A stretch of 64,000 nucleotides of DNA from a virus: the IMG/VR virus record IMGVR_UViG_3300022555_001761, one strand, 5' to 3'. Below the pieces are notes generated by a model that saw only the letters and a list, made by a program, of their open reading frames with translations, was not told where the DNA came from and made no database searches. Shown piece after piece: positions 1-8,477 of the stretch. The position numbers and the translations under genes were made by a program. Numbering within the stretch: the first letter of the stretch is position 1; each line of letters opens with the position of its first letter.

Positions 1-295
1 GAACATCTTTTAGATTTCTTTTAAGATAAATAACTTTATATTTATCAAAAACAATATCTAAATATGGTTCCATAAATTCTACTTGATGATGTGATTTACA
101 TACAATATCTTCTATATAAGAATTAACTACAATATCTTTATAAACTTGATGTTCATAATTAGATAAAGTATAAGGTATAGTATTTATTGGAATAAATCCA
201 ATGGTACGAAATTGACCAAAATTGTATTGGTTTATAATGTTGATTAGTAGATGTGTACCTGAGCGTTCGTGAGTGATTACTAATATTGGTTTCAT
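1..295 (-). CDS. sulfotransferase-like P-loop protein, N-terminal part only (gene continues past window start)
   Basis: minus-strand ORF from ATG 295..293 translating MKPILVITHERSGTHLLINIINQYNFGQF...; PILVIxxERSGT resembles the sulfotransferase PAPS-binding P-loop; absent from track because truncated by the window edge. Confidence 0.35.
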   Translation of the reverse strand, partial: MKPILVITHERSGTHLLINIINQYNFGQFRTIGFIPINTIPYTLSNYEHQVYKDIVVNSYIEDIVCKSHHQVEFMEPYLDIVFDKYKVIYLKRNLKDV

Positions 296-328
296 TCTTA
301 ATATATAAAAATGAAAGATGTTTGTTTA

Positions 329-1576
329 TTAAAAATTACAAACTCTAACAGGAGTTAATCTTTGTAATGTAGTATTATCACCCAATTGTCCATAATTATT
401 AACTCCCCAAGTCCAAACATGTCCATTATAATCTATTGCAGATGCATTATAAACACCTGCTGACAAATAACAAAATGTCTTTTTTGCACCTTGTATTGAC
501 ACTGGTGTACAAATTGATGATGTAGAATTATTACCCAAATATCCATTAACATTAGAACCCCAGCCCCATATTTGTCCATTATTATCTAAACCAAGAGTAT
601 AATGAAATTTTCCTGTTGAAATTTGACAAAATGTTTTTTTTGCACCTTTTATTGATACTGGTGTATATCTTGATACCGTTGAGTTGTCTCCCAATTCACC
701 ATATCCATTAAGACCCCAACACCATATTTGTCCATTTTTATCTATTGCCGATACATTATCATTACCCACTGATATTTGACAAAATGTCTTTTTAGCACCT
801 TGAATTGATACTGGCGTACATGTACATATTATTGAATTATTACCTAATTGACCATATTTGTTATATCCCCAACCCCAAGCTTGTCCTTTATAATCTATAC
901 CACTTGAATGATAATGAGTACCAATTGAAATTTGGCAAAATGTTTTTTTGTTACCTTGTATTGATATTGGCGTGCGTTTTGATGTTGTGGAATTATCACC
1001 TAAACAACCAAAATTATTATACCCCCAACCCCATAATATTCCATTTTTATCTATTCCAAATCCCAAATAACTACCTGCTGATATTTGGCAAAATGTTTTT
1101 TTGTTACCTTGTATTGATACAGGTGTACATTTTGATGTTGTGGAATTATTACCTAACATTCCATAATAATTATACCCCCAACCCCATATTTGCCCATTTT
1201 TATCTATTCCAAAAGAATATTGTTCCGAAGAACTTGTGTATACCTTACAAAAAGTTTTTTTAGCACCCTGTATTGATACTGGTATACAAGTTGATACAGT
1301 AGAATTATTACCTAATTGACCTTTTGTATTATACCCCCAAGCCCAAGTTTGTCCACTCTTCAATAATATATTGCCAAATCCAGAACTAATCATCATAGCG
1401 ACCCCCCAAGGTGCTGGTGCTGTATAGACCCAATTACTATAATATCCCATACTTGTGAGCCAAGTTTGAGCAGATAAAGCATTAGGTAAATTGGTATGAA
1501 ATGCTCTATTAACAACAGTTAAAAAAGCAGCATCAGATTTACCAATAGAACGCCAGAAAGAAGGTTGAATTGACAT
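329..1576 (-). CDS. RCC1-repeat (beta-propeller) protein, eukaryote-like
   Basis: 415 aa with about 7 tandem repeats of the pattern GQIWGWGYNxxGxLGxNSTxSxxTPVSIQGxKKTFCQIS, the RCC1 signature WGxNxxGQLG. Confidence 0.8.
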   Translation of the reverse strand: MSIQPSFWRSIGKSDAAFLTVVNRAFHTNLPNALSAQTWLTSMGYYSNWVYTAPAPWGVAMMISSGFGNILLKSGQTWAWGYNTKGQLGNNSTVSTCIPVSIQGAKKTFCKVYTSSSEQYSFGIDKNGQIWGWGYNYYGMLGNNSTTSKCTPVSIQGNKKTFCQISAGSYLGFGIDKNGILWGWGYNNFGCLGDNSTTSKRTPISIQGNKKTFCQISIGTHYHSSGIDYKGQAWGWGYNKYGQLGNNSIICTCTPVSIQGAKKTFCQISVGNDNVSAIDKNGQIWCWGLNGYGELGDNSTVSRYTPVSIKGAKKTFCQISTGKFHYTLGLDNNGQIWGWGSNVNGYLGNNSTSSICTPVSIQGAKKTFCYLSAGVYNASAIDYNGHVWTWGVNNYGQLGDNTTLQRLTPVRVCNF

Positions 1577-1657
1577 TTATAAAAATTTTAGTTTTAATAT
1601 ATATAAAAAATAGAGTGCATATTTTTTTATTTCAGATATTGTTCTTATATTTGTTGT

Positions 1658-1850
1658 GCCGATGTAGCTCAGTTGGAATAAGAGCGCCACCTTCGAAGGT
1701 GGAACATTGAAGTAGATGAATATCAGTTGCAAATGATATAAAATTTATGAATATGTAGAGGTTGAGATCGAAAGTTTGTGTAAGATGCATATAAGCAAAC
1801 ATATAGGTTAATACTGAAGGGTCACAGGTTCGAGTCCTGTCATTGGAGCA
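1658..1850 (+). tRNA. tRNA-like gene, anticodon loop TTCGAAG (anticodon CGA, Ser-type), interrupted by a ~116-nt insertion at the variable-arm position
   Basis: 5' part 1658..1702 has acceptor GCCGATG, D arm GCTC/GAGC and a perfect anticodon arm CCACC-TTCGAAG-GGTGG; 3' part 1819..1850 has variable GGGTC, T arm ACAGG-TTCGAGT-CCTGT and acceptor strand CATTGGA pairing 6/7 with the 5' acceptor; the two halves are separated by 1703..1818. Confidence 0.5.
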
Positions 1851-1851
1851 A

Positions 1852-2466
1852 TTTTAAGTTCTTTGAAAATATTAAAATGTTGTGAATTATAACCAGTAGA
1901 TAAGGGCGCAATCGGACTCTTTAAACATCGTGGGAATGCGTCTCTCCCAATGAGGCTGGAGTAATTCACAGTAAATGGGCTAAACATTGAGCCTTTGTGA
2001 AAAAATTGTGTAGTGAAAACGGAGGGGATGGCAATCCCACAAGATAGGAGTATAAATTTGTCCCTGCTCAGGTCCGCAAGACAATTCTTTGAGTAGAATC
2101 GGCAGAAAACCGAGAACCATGCGCCGTGCCTATCACGCAAAAATTTCACATAAAGATGATAATCCAGTAAATGGATGTTGGATATCAAGACGTCTTGATT
2201 TGAAAAGTAAACGCACCTAACGATTCAGAAATGAACCGAGGACAAAATTCTTAGGTCACCAACGGAGAAATCCTATACGTATCGTTACCATTGAGCAAGG
2301 TAAAACGGAACAGATGCTATGTCTGAAACAAGTACAATAAAAGTACAGTGATTTGATTTATCAAATCTAGGAAAACCGTCCAGACGATACGAATGAGTGC
2401 TCAGCCAAACCCTACTTACTATGTGGGAGTTTTCCGTCAGGGTAATTTCCAATCAGGTTAGAAGAG
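1852..2466. ncRNA. GC-richer noncoding block of about 600 nt with hairpins and GNRA-like loops; candidate structured RNA of unknown class
   Basis: no convincing ORF (track ORF 1808..2188 minus looks spurious); local GC clearly above the surroundings; motifs such as GGGATGGCAATCCC and CAGGTCCGCAAGAC; lies immediately downstream of the tRNA-like gene. Confidence 0.2.
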
Positions 2467-2467
2467 G

Positions 2468-2677
2468 GTGCTAAAATTAAAAATTAAAGAAATGGTAACA
2501 TTATTTTGGATAATTTGGTATATTTTGGGTATATTAGGCGCATTAATTTATAATTCGTTTATGAAATATGAGAACACATTTCTAAAATATATTTGGAATG
2601 CTATTGTAGCATGTAGTGGTGGATTTGGATTTCTTATTTCAATTCTACATTGGATAGGTGTTAAATTTATAAAATAA
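2468..2677 (+). CDS. small membrane protein (2 TM)
   Basis: track ORF 69 aa, hydrophobic helices. Confidence 0.45.
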   Translation: MLKLKIKEMVTLFWIIWYILGILGALIYNSFMKYENTFLKYIWNAIVACSGGFGFLISILHWIGVKFIK

Positions 2678-2800
2678 ATATTTTTTATTATCAAAAAAAA
2701 TGCACTATTATCAGTCAAATGATATCCTAGATATAATACAAAAGAAACAAAAGAAACAAAAGAAAAAAGAAAATCGACATTTTTAGAAAATGGATTTCCT

Positions 2801-3055
2801 ATGAAAAATAAAAAACATAGTGAAGAAACCAAACATAAGATAAGTGAAAGTAAAATTGGTCGCAAAGTATCAGAAGAAACTAAAAAGAAAATGAGTGATA
2901 CGAAACAGAACGTATCAGAAGAAACTAGAAATAAATTAAGAAAAGCGAAAAAAGGAATATCTATGAGAAAAATAAATTGTCCATATTGTAATAAAATTGG
3001 TGGTATATCACAAATGAGGCAATGGCATTTTGAAAATTGTAAAGATAAAAAATAA
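2801..3055 (+). CDS. standalone NUMOD3-repeat plus zinc-finger DNA-binding protein (homing-endonuclease-associated module)
   Basis: repeats HSEETKHKISESKIG / VSEETKKKMSDTK / VSEETRNKLRKAKKG followed by CPYCN...HFENC. Confidence 0.6.
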   Translation: MKNKKHSEETKHKISESKIGRKVSEETKKKMSDTKQNVSEETRNKLRKAKKGISMRKINCPYCNKIGGISQMRQWHFENCKDKK

Positions 3056-3056
3056 T

Positions 3057-3728
3057 ATGAATATCACATTTTTGTCGGATACACACAGCAAACATAAACA
3101 ATTGCTCAATCATCTTCCTGGAGGTGATTTAATTGTCCACGCGGGAGACTTAACCTCAGTTGGTTTCAAACATGAAATTGAAGATTTTTGTAAATGGTTT
3201 GAAAAATTAAAATATTCCAATAAAGTATTTATTGCTGGTAATCATGATCACGGATTTGAAAGAGATCATAATAGTGCATATGAAATTGTTAAAAAATATA
3301 AAATAAACTATCTTCAAGATAGTATGATTGAAATTGATGGAATTAATATATGGGGGTCACCTTGGCAACCAGAATTTTGTAATTGGGCATTCAATTTACC
3401 AAGAAACGGTTGGCAACTTGCAGAAAAATGGAACTATATACCAGAAGATACTGACATTTTAATTACTCACGGTCCACCATTTGGATGTTTAGATATTGTA
3501 AATGGTAGAAAAGAAAATATAGGATGTGAGTTATTAACTGAACGTCTTAAAATAGTTAAACCTAAAATTCATGTTTATGGACATATACATTCTGGATATG
3601 GTTATAAGTTCGATGGTAATACACATTATTTTAATGCTTCTGTATTAAATGAAAAATATGAATATACTAATAAGCCATTGACAATTGATTGGAATAAAGA
3701 AACAAATGAAATAACATTTTTAAAATGA
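3057..3728 (+). CDS. calcineurin-like metallophosphoesterase
   Basis: MNITFLSDTHSKH...GDLIVHAGDL...IAGNHDH...GHIHSGYG metallophosphatase motifs; track start 3030 is a TTG, so the first ATG is at 3057. Confidence 0.75.
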   Translation: MNITFLSDTHSKHKQLLNHLPGGDLIVHAGDLTSVGFKHEIEDFCKWFEKLKYSNKVFIAGNHDHGFERDHNSAYEIVKKYKINYLQDSMIEIDGINIWGSPWQPEFCNWAFNLPRNGWQLAEKWNYIPEDTDILITHGPPFGCLDIVNGRKENIGCELLTERLKIVKPKIHVYGHIHSGYGYKFDGNTHYFNASVLNEKYEYTNKPLTIDWNKETNEITFLK

Positions 3729-3997
3729 ATGAAGAATATAAAAAAGTTTGGAAAGAATATTTGACTGAATATTTAAAAGACTACACAGTAAAAGATAATA
3801 AAAGTATTTATAGTCATTATAATGGTTATAATGATGATTACAAATTAAAGATTGTGGATTACACTCAAATGTTGAAAGAGAAAAAAGAAGATCCTAAAGT
3901 AGCAAATGAAAAAATTTTAGAAAAAATACCTATTGCTGAAATTGAAAAATTCTTACGTAAAAAGAAATTAGAAAATTTAAAAAATAAAGAAGAATGA
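3725..3997 (+). CDS. family-B small protein (C-terminal FLRKKKLENLKNKEE tail)
   Basis: track ORF 90 aa; conserved C-terminal motif; ATGA overlap with the next gene. Confidence 0.55.
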   Translation: MNEEYKKVWKEYLTEYLKDYTVKDNKSIYSHYNGYNDDYKLKIVDYTQMLKEKKEDPKVANEKILEKIPIAEIEKFLRKKKLENLKNKEE

Positions 3998-4212
3998 ATT
4001 ATTCATTAGAAGATATTATGAAAGATATCTCAATTATAAAATATAGAAATCAATTTGAATGTGACTTTAATGACCATGAATATGAATATCAAAGGGAGTA
4101 TCGTAGAATGGAAGTTGAATGGAAAGAAAAATTGGATAATATTGATATTAAGTACATTGAAAAGTATTTGAGAAAAAAGAAATTAGAAAAATTAGAAAAA
4201 ATAAATCAATAA
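3994..4212 (+). CDS. family-B small protein (C-terminal YLRKKKLEKLEKINQ tail)
   Basis: track ORF 72 aa; conserved C-terminal motif. Confidence 0.55.
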   Translation: MNYSLEDIMKDISIIKYRNQFECDFNDHEYEYQREYRRMEVEWKEKLDNIDIKYIEKYLRKKKLEKLEKINQ

Positions 4213-4434
4213 ATGAGCAAAACAACAAAAAATGGAAGTAGTTTATCAGTAACTATATTTCTTATATTTTTAATCTTAAAACTTACTGGTACAATAACTT
4301 GGTCATGGTTGTGGGTGACTAGTCCATTATGGTTAGGCGTTGCACTATTTTTTGTAGGTGCATTTTTAATGTTACTATTTACTACTATAATAGTAGTATT
4401 AGGCACAATATTTGGAAGTAAAAATAATTTTTAA
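4213..4434 (+). CDS. small membrane protein (2 TM)
   Basis: track ORF 73 aa, hydrophobic. Confidence 0.45.
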   Translation: MSKTTKNGSSLSVTIFLIFLILKLTGTITWSWLWVTSPLWLGVALFFVGAFLMLLFTTIIVVLGTIFGSKNNF

Positions 4435-4436
4435 TT

Positions 4437-4694
4437 ATGAAACAAGACGTTTATCCTGAGATTAACCTTTCTCAAAGAATCATTTATGCTCTTAATGAAA
4501 CTTATCAACAAGGTGAAAAAGTTTATTATGATAATGGCTCAATTAGTGGATTTGGCACTGTATGTGGGCAATCATCTAATCCAGTTATATTTGTTGGTGC
4601 AACATATATTATTAGACCTGATGTTCCATTTGATCCTGCTGTGTATAATTTTACACATTTTGCCATACAACAACTTTATATGAAAAAACTTTAA
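4437..4694 (+). CDS. hypothetical protein
   Basis: track ORF 85 aa. Confidence 0.4.
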   Translation: MKQDVYPEINLSQRIIYALNETYQQGEKVYYDNGSISGFGTVCGQSSNPVIFVGATYIIRPDVPFDPAVYNFTHFAIQQLYMKKL

Positions 4695-4724
4695 AATTAA
4701 TTTGTTTATTCAAAAATTTAGTTT

Positions 4725-4735
4725 TACTTTTGTAC
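4725..4735 (+). promoter_or_regulatory. Bacteroidota-type sigma-A -7 box TACTTTTGTAC, with TTTG about 21 nt upstream
   Basis: matches the TAnnTTTG consensus; identical box at 11319; positioned about 22 nt upstream of ORF 4758. Confidence 0.45.
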
Positions 4736-4757
4736 AGTAAACTTAAAACAAACAATT

Positions 4758-4868
4758 ATGAAACGCATTGGTAATAAATTAGTAGTTTTTGACGCAGGAG
4801 AATACACAGTAATTGGTACTTTCAAAAAGGACTCTAATGGACAAGAATACGTAGAGTATTCTATCTAA
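4758..4868 (+). CDS. small ORF (36 aa) MKRIGNKLVVFDAGEYTVIGTFKKDSNGQEYVEYSI
   Basis: ATG shortly after the promoter box and followed by a strong terminator; below the track length cutoff. Confidence 0.35.
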   Translation: MKRIGNKLVVFDAGEYTVIGTFKKDSNGQEYVEYSI

Positions 4869-4901
4869 GATTTTCCGTTGACTTACGAAATCAACACCTC
4901 C

Positions 4902-4942
4902 AGACCCTTTCACAATTTGCAGAGTGAAAGGGTCTTTTCTTG
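4902..4942 (+). terminator. rho-independent terminator
   Basis: AGACCCTTTCAC-aatttgcaga-GTGAAAGGGTCT followed by TTTTCTTG. Confidence 0.7.
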
Positions 4943-5230
4943 TTATAAACTATTATGAATTGTATTTAACATTTCAATAGCGTCTTCAATATTATCAGAT
5001 TGATACAGAATATTTGGTTTATATAAACTATCAGTCATATCATCGTCACCAATTATAAGGGTATTGTTAAAGTAATATCTAATTACGATAGTGTTTATAT
5101 AATCAACTTCAGTATTAATGACTTTGTGTAATTCGATATACTTAAAATTATTACAATTTCTAACTATATTTTTAACAATAATATAATCATCAACTTCATT
5201 GATAACTGTTTGTTCAAATTTATGTTTCAT
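4943..5230 (-). CDS. hypothetical protein
   Basis: track ORF 95 aa. Confidence 0.4.
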   Translation of the reverse strand: MKHKFEQTVINEVDDYIIVKNIVRNCNNFKYIELHKVINTEVDYINTIVIRYYFNNTLIIGDDDMTDSLYKPNILYQSDNIEDAIEMLNTIHNSL

Positions 5231-5478
5231 TAAATTTTTAGTGAATTATATGTTTGAATCTCTTCTATTGTCAATAATCTAATTATTTCATTTTCACTTA
5301 TCCACAAGGATCTAAGACCAATTGTTGAACACAAATATTGATTTGTTACATCTATATCTACTATTTTACAATAATACGACTCAATTGTTGTATAATCTTG
5401 TGGATAATAAATTAAAACATAATCATTTACAACATATAAAAGGCTGGGGTTAAAATAGTCTTCATGAATTTTTTCCAT
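5230..5478 (-). CDS. hypothetical protein
   Basis: track ORF 82 aa. Confidence 0.4.
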   Translation of the reverse strand: MEKIHEDYFNPSLLYVVNDYVLIYYPQDYTTIESYYCKIVDIDVTNQYLCSTIGLRSLWISENEIIRLLTIEEIQTYNSLKI

Positions 5479-5500
5479 ATATTATATATTATTTTTTTAA

Positions 5501-5806
5501 TTGAAGTATTTTTCATATCTTTGTTCCTTATTAAATAAAAAGGCAATGGACAATACAACTAAATGGTATAATTCAAATTATGATTGTTACGGTAATCCAC
5601 TAGGATATATTCAAGATGATATTCAAATAGGGGACACAGTTGAATATGCTTATGCAGATAACCATATGTCTGATGAAAGTGGTAGACCAAAAAGTAAAAG
5701 AGTAACTGTTAAAGTACAAGGTGTATGGGATGGTGAAAAGGCTTGTTTTAATGACAAAAAAAACGTTGTAGTAAGAGCTAAAGCCTGGTTAAAACTTGTT
5801 AAATAA
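5501..5806 (+). CDS. hypothetical protein
   Basis: track ORF 101 aa. Confidence 0.4.
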   Translation: MKYFSYLCSLLNKKAMDNTTKWYNSNYDCYGNPLGYIQDDIQIGDTVEYAYADNHMSDESGRPKSKRVTVKVQGVWDGEKACFNDKKNVVVRAKAWLKLVK

Positions 5807-6255
5807 TGGAAAAGGAAATTAAAAGGCTTGAGGAACAGATTGCTAAATGTGATGTTAAATTATCAAATAGTTCTTTTGTTGATAAAGCACCAAAAGATAT
5901 TATTTTAAAAGAACAACAAAAAAAGAAAGACTTTACAGCACAATTAGAAATTATAAGAAAACAATTAGAAAATTCTAAATCAGTTAGTAAAGATTACTAT
6001 GACGATGAAATTTGTCAATTCACAGTTGGCACAACTGTTTCCTATTTTAAGATACCAAGAACAGAAAGAAAAAAAGAATTTCTAATTTCTAAATTAGATA
6101 GTGTAGAAAAAATAAATTGGCATATTCAATATTTACGTGAACAAAAGACTAATATTGAAATATACAGTGAAGAATGGTATAACTTTATTTATAATGAGGA
6201 AATCACATCTAATGAAATAAATGAATTATTTGAAATTTTTAGGAAATTTGTATGA
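5806..6255 (+). CDS. hypothetical coiled-coil protein
   Basis: track ORF 149 aa. Confidence 0.4.
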   Translation: MEKEIKRLEEQIAKCDVKLSNSSFVDKAPKDIILKEQQKKKDFTAQLEIIRKQLENSKSVSKDYYDDEICQFTVGTTVSYFKIPRTERKKEFLISKLDSVEKINWHIQYLREQKTNIEIYSEEWYNFIYNEEITSNEINELFEIFRKFV

Positions 6256-6653
6256 AAGATATTCTGAGAAAAATAATATATGGTGCAGAAATAACAATTG
6301 TAAATGACACTGATGCATATTTGAATAAATATAGAAATGCTTCTCAAAAAATTGATATTTCTTATGCTAATATTCTACTATTCTTAAAAATAATAGGCTT
6401 TGATAGTGGAAATTTTGAAACTGGTGAAAGACATTATAGATTAGAAGAACCATTTTATTCTGTTAAAGATAAAATTAAAACTATTCATCTTGGAAAAATT
6501 GGAGAATGTATTGAAAGTCATAAACCAGCATACTATGTTACATATCCAGTATTTAAAGAATTAGAAAAAGCATATAATGATTTGAGAAATCAATTATTAC
6601 GAAAAGAAAAATTAAAAAAAATAGAAAATTATGGGAGTAATGAGTTGCTATAG
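6252..6653 (+). CDS. family-B small protein (tail LLRKEKLKKIENYGSNELL)
   Basis: track ORF 133 aa; C-terminal motif. Confidence 0.5.
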   Translation: MKDILRKIIYGAEITIVNDTDAYLNKYRNASQKIDISYANILLFLKIIGFDSGNFETGERHYRLEEPFYSVKDKIKTIHLGKIGECIESHKPAYYVTYPVFKELEKAYNDLRNQLLRKEKLKKIENYGSNELL

Positions 6654-6888
6654 AAATAATTGTGAAAATATAATGTGTGATATATATGTTAATGGTATTG
6701 GTTATGTTTGTTACGAATGTCAGAGTGAGTTTAAAGAATATTTAGCATCAAACGGAATTGTAGTAGAAACAGAAGGAGAAATAAAAAGAGAGTTACAAAA
6801 ATTTATGGAGTCTGAAAAAGATGCATACACAAAAGGAAAAAATATGAGTGTTGACGAATTTTTTAATGAATATAGAAAAGATTATTGA
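6631..6888 (+). CDS. Cys4 zinc-finger small protein
   Basis: CYRNNCENIMC...CYEC. Confidence 0.45.
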   Translation: MGVMSCYRNNCENIMCDIYVNGIGYVCYECQSEFKEYLASNGIVVETEGEIKRELQKFMESEKDAYTKGKNMSVDEFFNEYRKDY

Positions 6889-6889
6889 T

Positions 6890-7054
6890 ATGATATTAGT
6901 AATTTTAATTATAATAGTATTTATTGATATGAATATCATTAATATGATAAGATTTTTTGTTTCAAAAAAATACTTTGATACATTTTTTATCACTCAAAAA
7001 CAATTAAGAAAACTTAAATTAATTAAAATACAAAAAAATAGTGAAAACTTGTAA
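6890..7054 (+). CDS. family-B small membrane protein (tail QLRKLKLIKIQKNSENL)
   Basis: ATG 6890 in frame with track ORF 6848; one TM helix then the conserved tail. Confidence 0.45.
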   Translation: MILVILIIIVFIDMNIINMIRFFVSKKYFDTFFITQKQLRKLKLIKIQKNSENL

Positions 7055-7274
7055 AAAGATTTCAACTGGAGAGATATTTGAATATGAACAATGTGTTTCT
7101 TATCCTGTATTTGATAGAACTCGAAATAACGGCACAATATATTTTGAATTAATTTCAAAAGGTAAGTTTGTTCTGGGTAAGTATATTGGTGAGGACGAAT
7201 TTTATGATGAATATATTGATATTAAAAAAGAAAGAAGACTTAAATTAGAAAAATTAAATCAAATTCTCCAATAA
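7041..7274 (+). CDS. family-B small protein (tail KKERRLKLEKLNQILQ)
   Basis: track ORF 77 aa. Confidence 0.5.
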   Translation: MKTCKKISTGEIFEYEQCVSYPVFDRTRNNGTIYFELISKGKFVLGKYIGEDEFYDEYIDIKKERRLKLEKLNQILQ

Positions 7275-8197
7275 AACCCTTTATATTTAGTATTTTTTGC
7301 TATCGCCTTTCTTAAGTTTTGAATACATATTTCATTATAATTTTTTATTTCCTTAATATTATTCCAAATCCTAACTATACTTCCTTTTTCGTCTATTTGT
7401 TTAATGTTAGTATATTCTCTCGTATTTAAATTTAATTTTTTAATATTATTCTCAATTTCGGCTTTTTCTAAAAAGTTTAATGAATAATAATAATTTTTAG
7501 CATGCCTACATCTATCTTGTAAAACGAAACTTATAGAACGTGGATTAACATTCATTTCTCTTGAGCATTCTTTTATACTGTTAAATTTTTTTATATAATT
7601 TCCAAACATATCATATTGATATATCTCTATGTTTGTACATTTATTTTTATTATCTCTTATTGGTATATTATTTTCTTTTAATATTTTAGTAATAGTTTCT
7701 CTATCAATTTTTAATTCTATTGATATTTTTTTAATTGATAATTTATTAAAATATAATTCTTTAACTACATCAAGATATTTGCTCCTTTTTAATTTGTATG
7801 CTTTTGATACATTATTTCTATGTTCGTTTGTCCATTTCAATTCTAAATTTGTTGCCGCAAATGCTCTAGAATTATATCCATTTTTATAAGAGTTATATTC
7901 ATCAATATAATACTGTTCTCTTTTTATGCAACTATCACGATCACACTCTTCAATTATTTCAAATATTATATTATCAATTCCATACTTATTGACCGCATTT
8001 TGTAAAGAAGGTGAGTTAGATATATTTTTTGATAGTTTTAAAATATGACTGAGCCATCTTTTATGAAACCCATTTTTATTAGAAGTACTACCAATATAAA
8101 CTTTACCATTATTGTTAATAAAACTTATCTTATATACACCAATACTTTTAGGGAATATTTTTTTATCATTTATCGTATATTTCATTTTATATTTCAT
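7259..8197 (-). CDS. GIY-YIG homing endonuclease
   Basis: IGVYKISFINNNGKVYIGSTSN...R...H...EQYYIDEYNSYKNGYNSR GIY-YIG motifs plus C-terminal DNA-binding region. Confidence 0.85.
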   Translation of the reverse strand: MKYKMKYTINDKKIFPKSIGVYKISFINNNGKVYIGSTSNKNGFHKRWLSHILKLSKNISNSPSLQNAVNKYGIDNIIFEIIEECDRDSCIKREQYYIDEYNSYKNGYNSRAFAATNLELKWTNEHRNNVSKAYKLKRSKYLDVVKELYFNKLSIKKISIELKIDRETITKILKENNIPIRDNKNKCTNIEIYQYDMFGNYIKKFNSIKECSREMNVNPRSISFVLQDRCRHAKNYYYSLNFLEKAEIENNIKKLNLNTREYTNIKQIDEKGSIVRIWNNIKEIKNYNEICIQNLRKAIAKNTKYKGFYWRI

Positions 8198-8199
8198 TT

Positions 8200-8370
8200 T
8201 TATAAAATAACATTATCTGTATTTATATTATTGTTATGAAGATATTCTAATATTATATATTCTATCAATCGGCTTTTATTTGTAGATAATTCATCAATTC
8301 TTTTTAAAATTTCACGATTTATAGTGATATTTATTTTTCTTTTCAGTTTTTTATTTGTAATATTGTCCAT
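8200..8370 (-). CDS. ribbon-helix-helix (CopG/Arc-like) small protein immediately upstream of the GIY-YIG gene
   Basis: minus ORF MDNITNKKLKRKINITINREILKRIDELSTNKSRLIEYIILEYL...; beta-strand plus two helices typical of RHH; stop 2 nt before the endonuclease start. Confidence 0.45.
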   Translation of the reverse strand: MDNITNKKLKRKINITINREILKRIDELSTNKSRLIEYIILEYLHNNNINTDNVIL

Positions 8371-8440
8371 AATTAAAATGTTTTTATTTATATATAAATA
8401 TTTAAAAATGAAAAAGTGTGATTTCTATACACATTTTATA

Positions 8441-8470
8441 AAATTAACATAAATTAACATAAATTAACAA
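8441..8470. repeat. perfect 10-bp tandem repeat AAATTAACAT x3, candidate operator
   Basis: three head-to-tail copies ending 8 nt before the RHH start codon. Confidence 0.6.
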
Positions 8471-8477
8471 TAAGAAT

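Noticed and set aside
805-1263. Track ORF on the plus strand inside the RCC1 gene, and many similar antisense or out-of-frame track ORFs (2548..2865, 4206..4406, 4486..4683, 6793..6993, 7629..7889, 8045..8239, 10050..10325, 13229..13414, 14131..14386, 14979..15167, 15905..16099, 16144..16580, 16498..16713, 17890..18072, 18385..18573, 20366..20563, 22631..22903, 24267..24578, 25411..25611, 31467..32079, 32717..33089, 37339..37554, 38381..38584, 38608..38877, 42514..42780, 43477..43893, 44139..44468, 48879..49070, 53951..54166, 62462..62794)
   Set aside because: Each lies inside or antisense to a longer ORF with recognisable domains or better context. Their low-complexity Ile/Phe/Leu-rich translations are typical of random ORFs in AT-rich DNA.
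1703-1818. Group I or group II intron inside the tRNA
   Set aside because: A 116-nt insert is too short for either class. No P/Q/R/S elements or domain V (GAAA tetraloop with ...GTTC) were recognisable by eye, so it is left as an unclassified insertion.
1808-2188. Track ORF (126 aa, minus strand) across the tRNA 3' half and the GC-rich block
   Set aside because: It overlaps the tRNA T arm and a region that looks like structured RNA. It has no start context and an unlikely composition.
1852-2466. RNase P RNA, tmRNA, SRP RNA or 6S RNA
   Set aside because: No GGAAAGTCCGGGC P4-type element, no second TpsiC arm or tag-peptide frame, and only a partial resemblance (AGGTCCGCAAGAC) to the SRP helix-8 motif. 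None could be supported without a covariance-model search.
3955-3997. Family-B C-terminal motif as a DNA-level intergenic repeat or terminator
   Set aside because: Members differ at synonymous codon positions (cgt/aga, tta/ctt/ttg/cta) while keeping the peptide, and the motif is always in frame before the stop. It is therefore treated as a peptide motif; proper terminators are separate hairpins.
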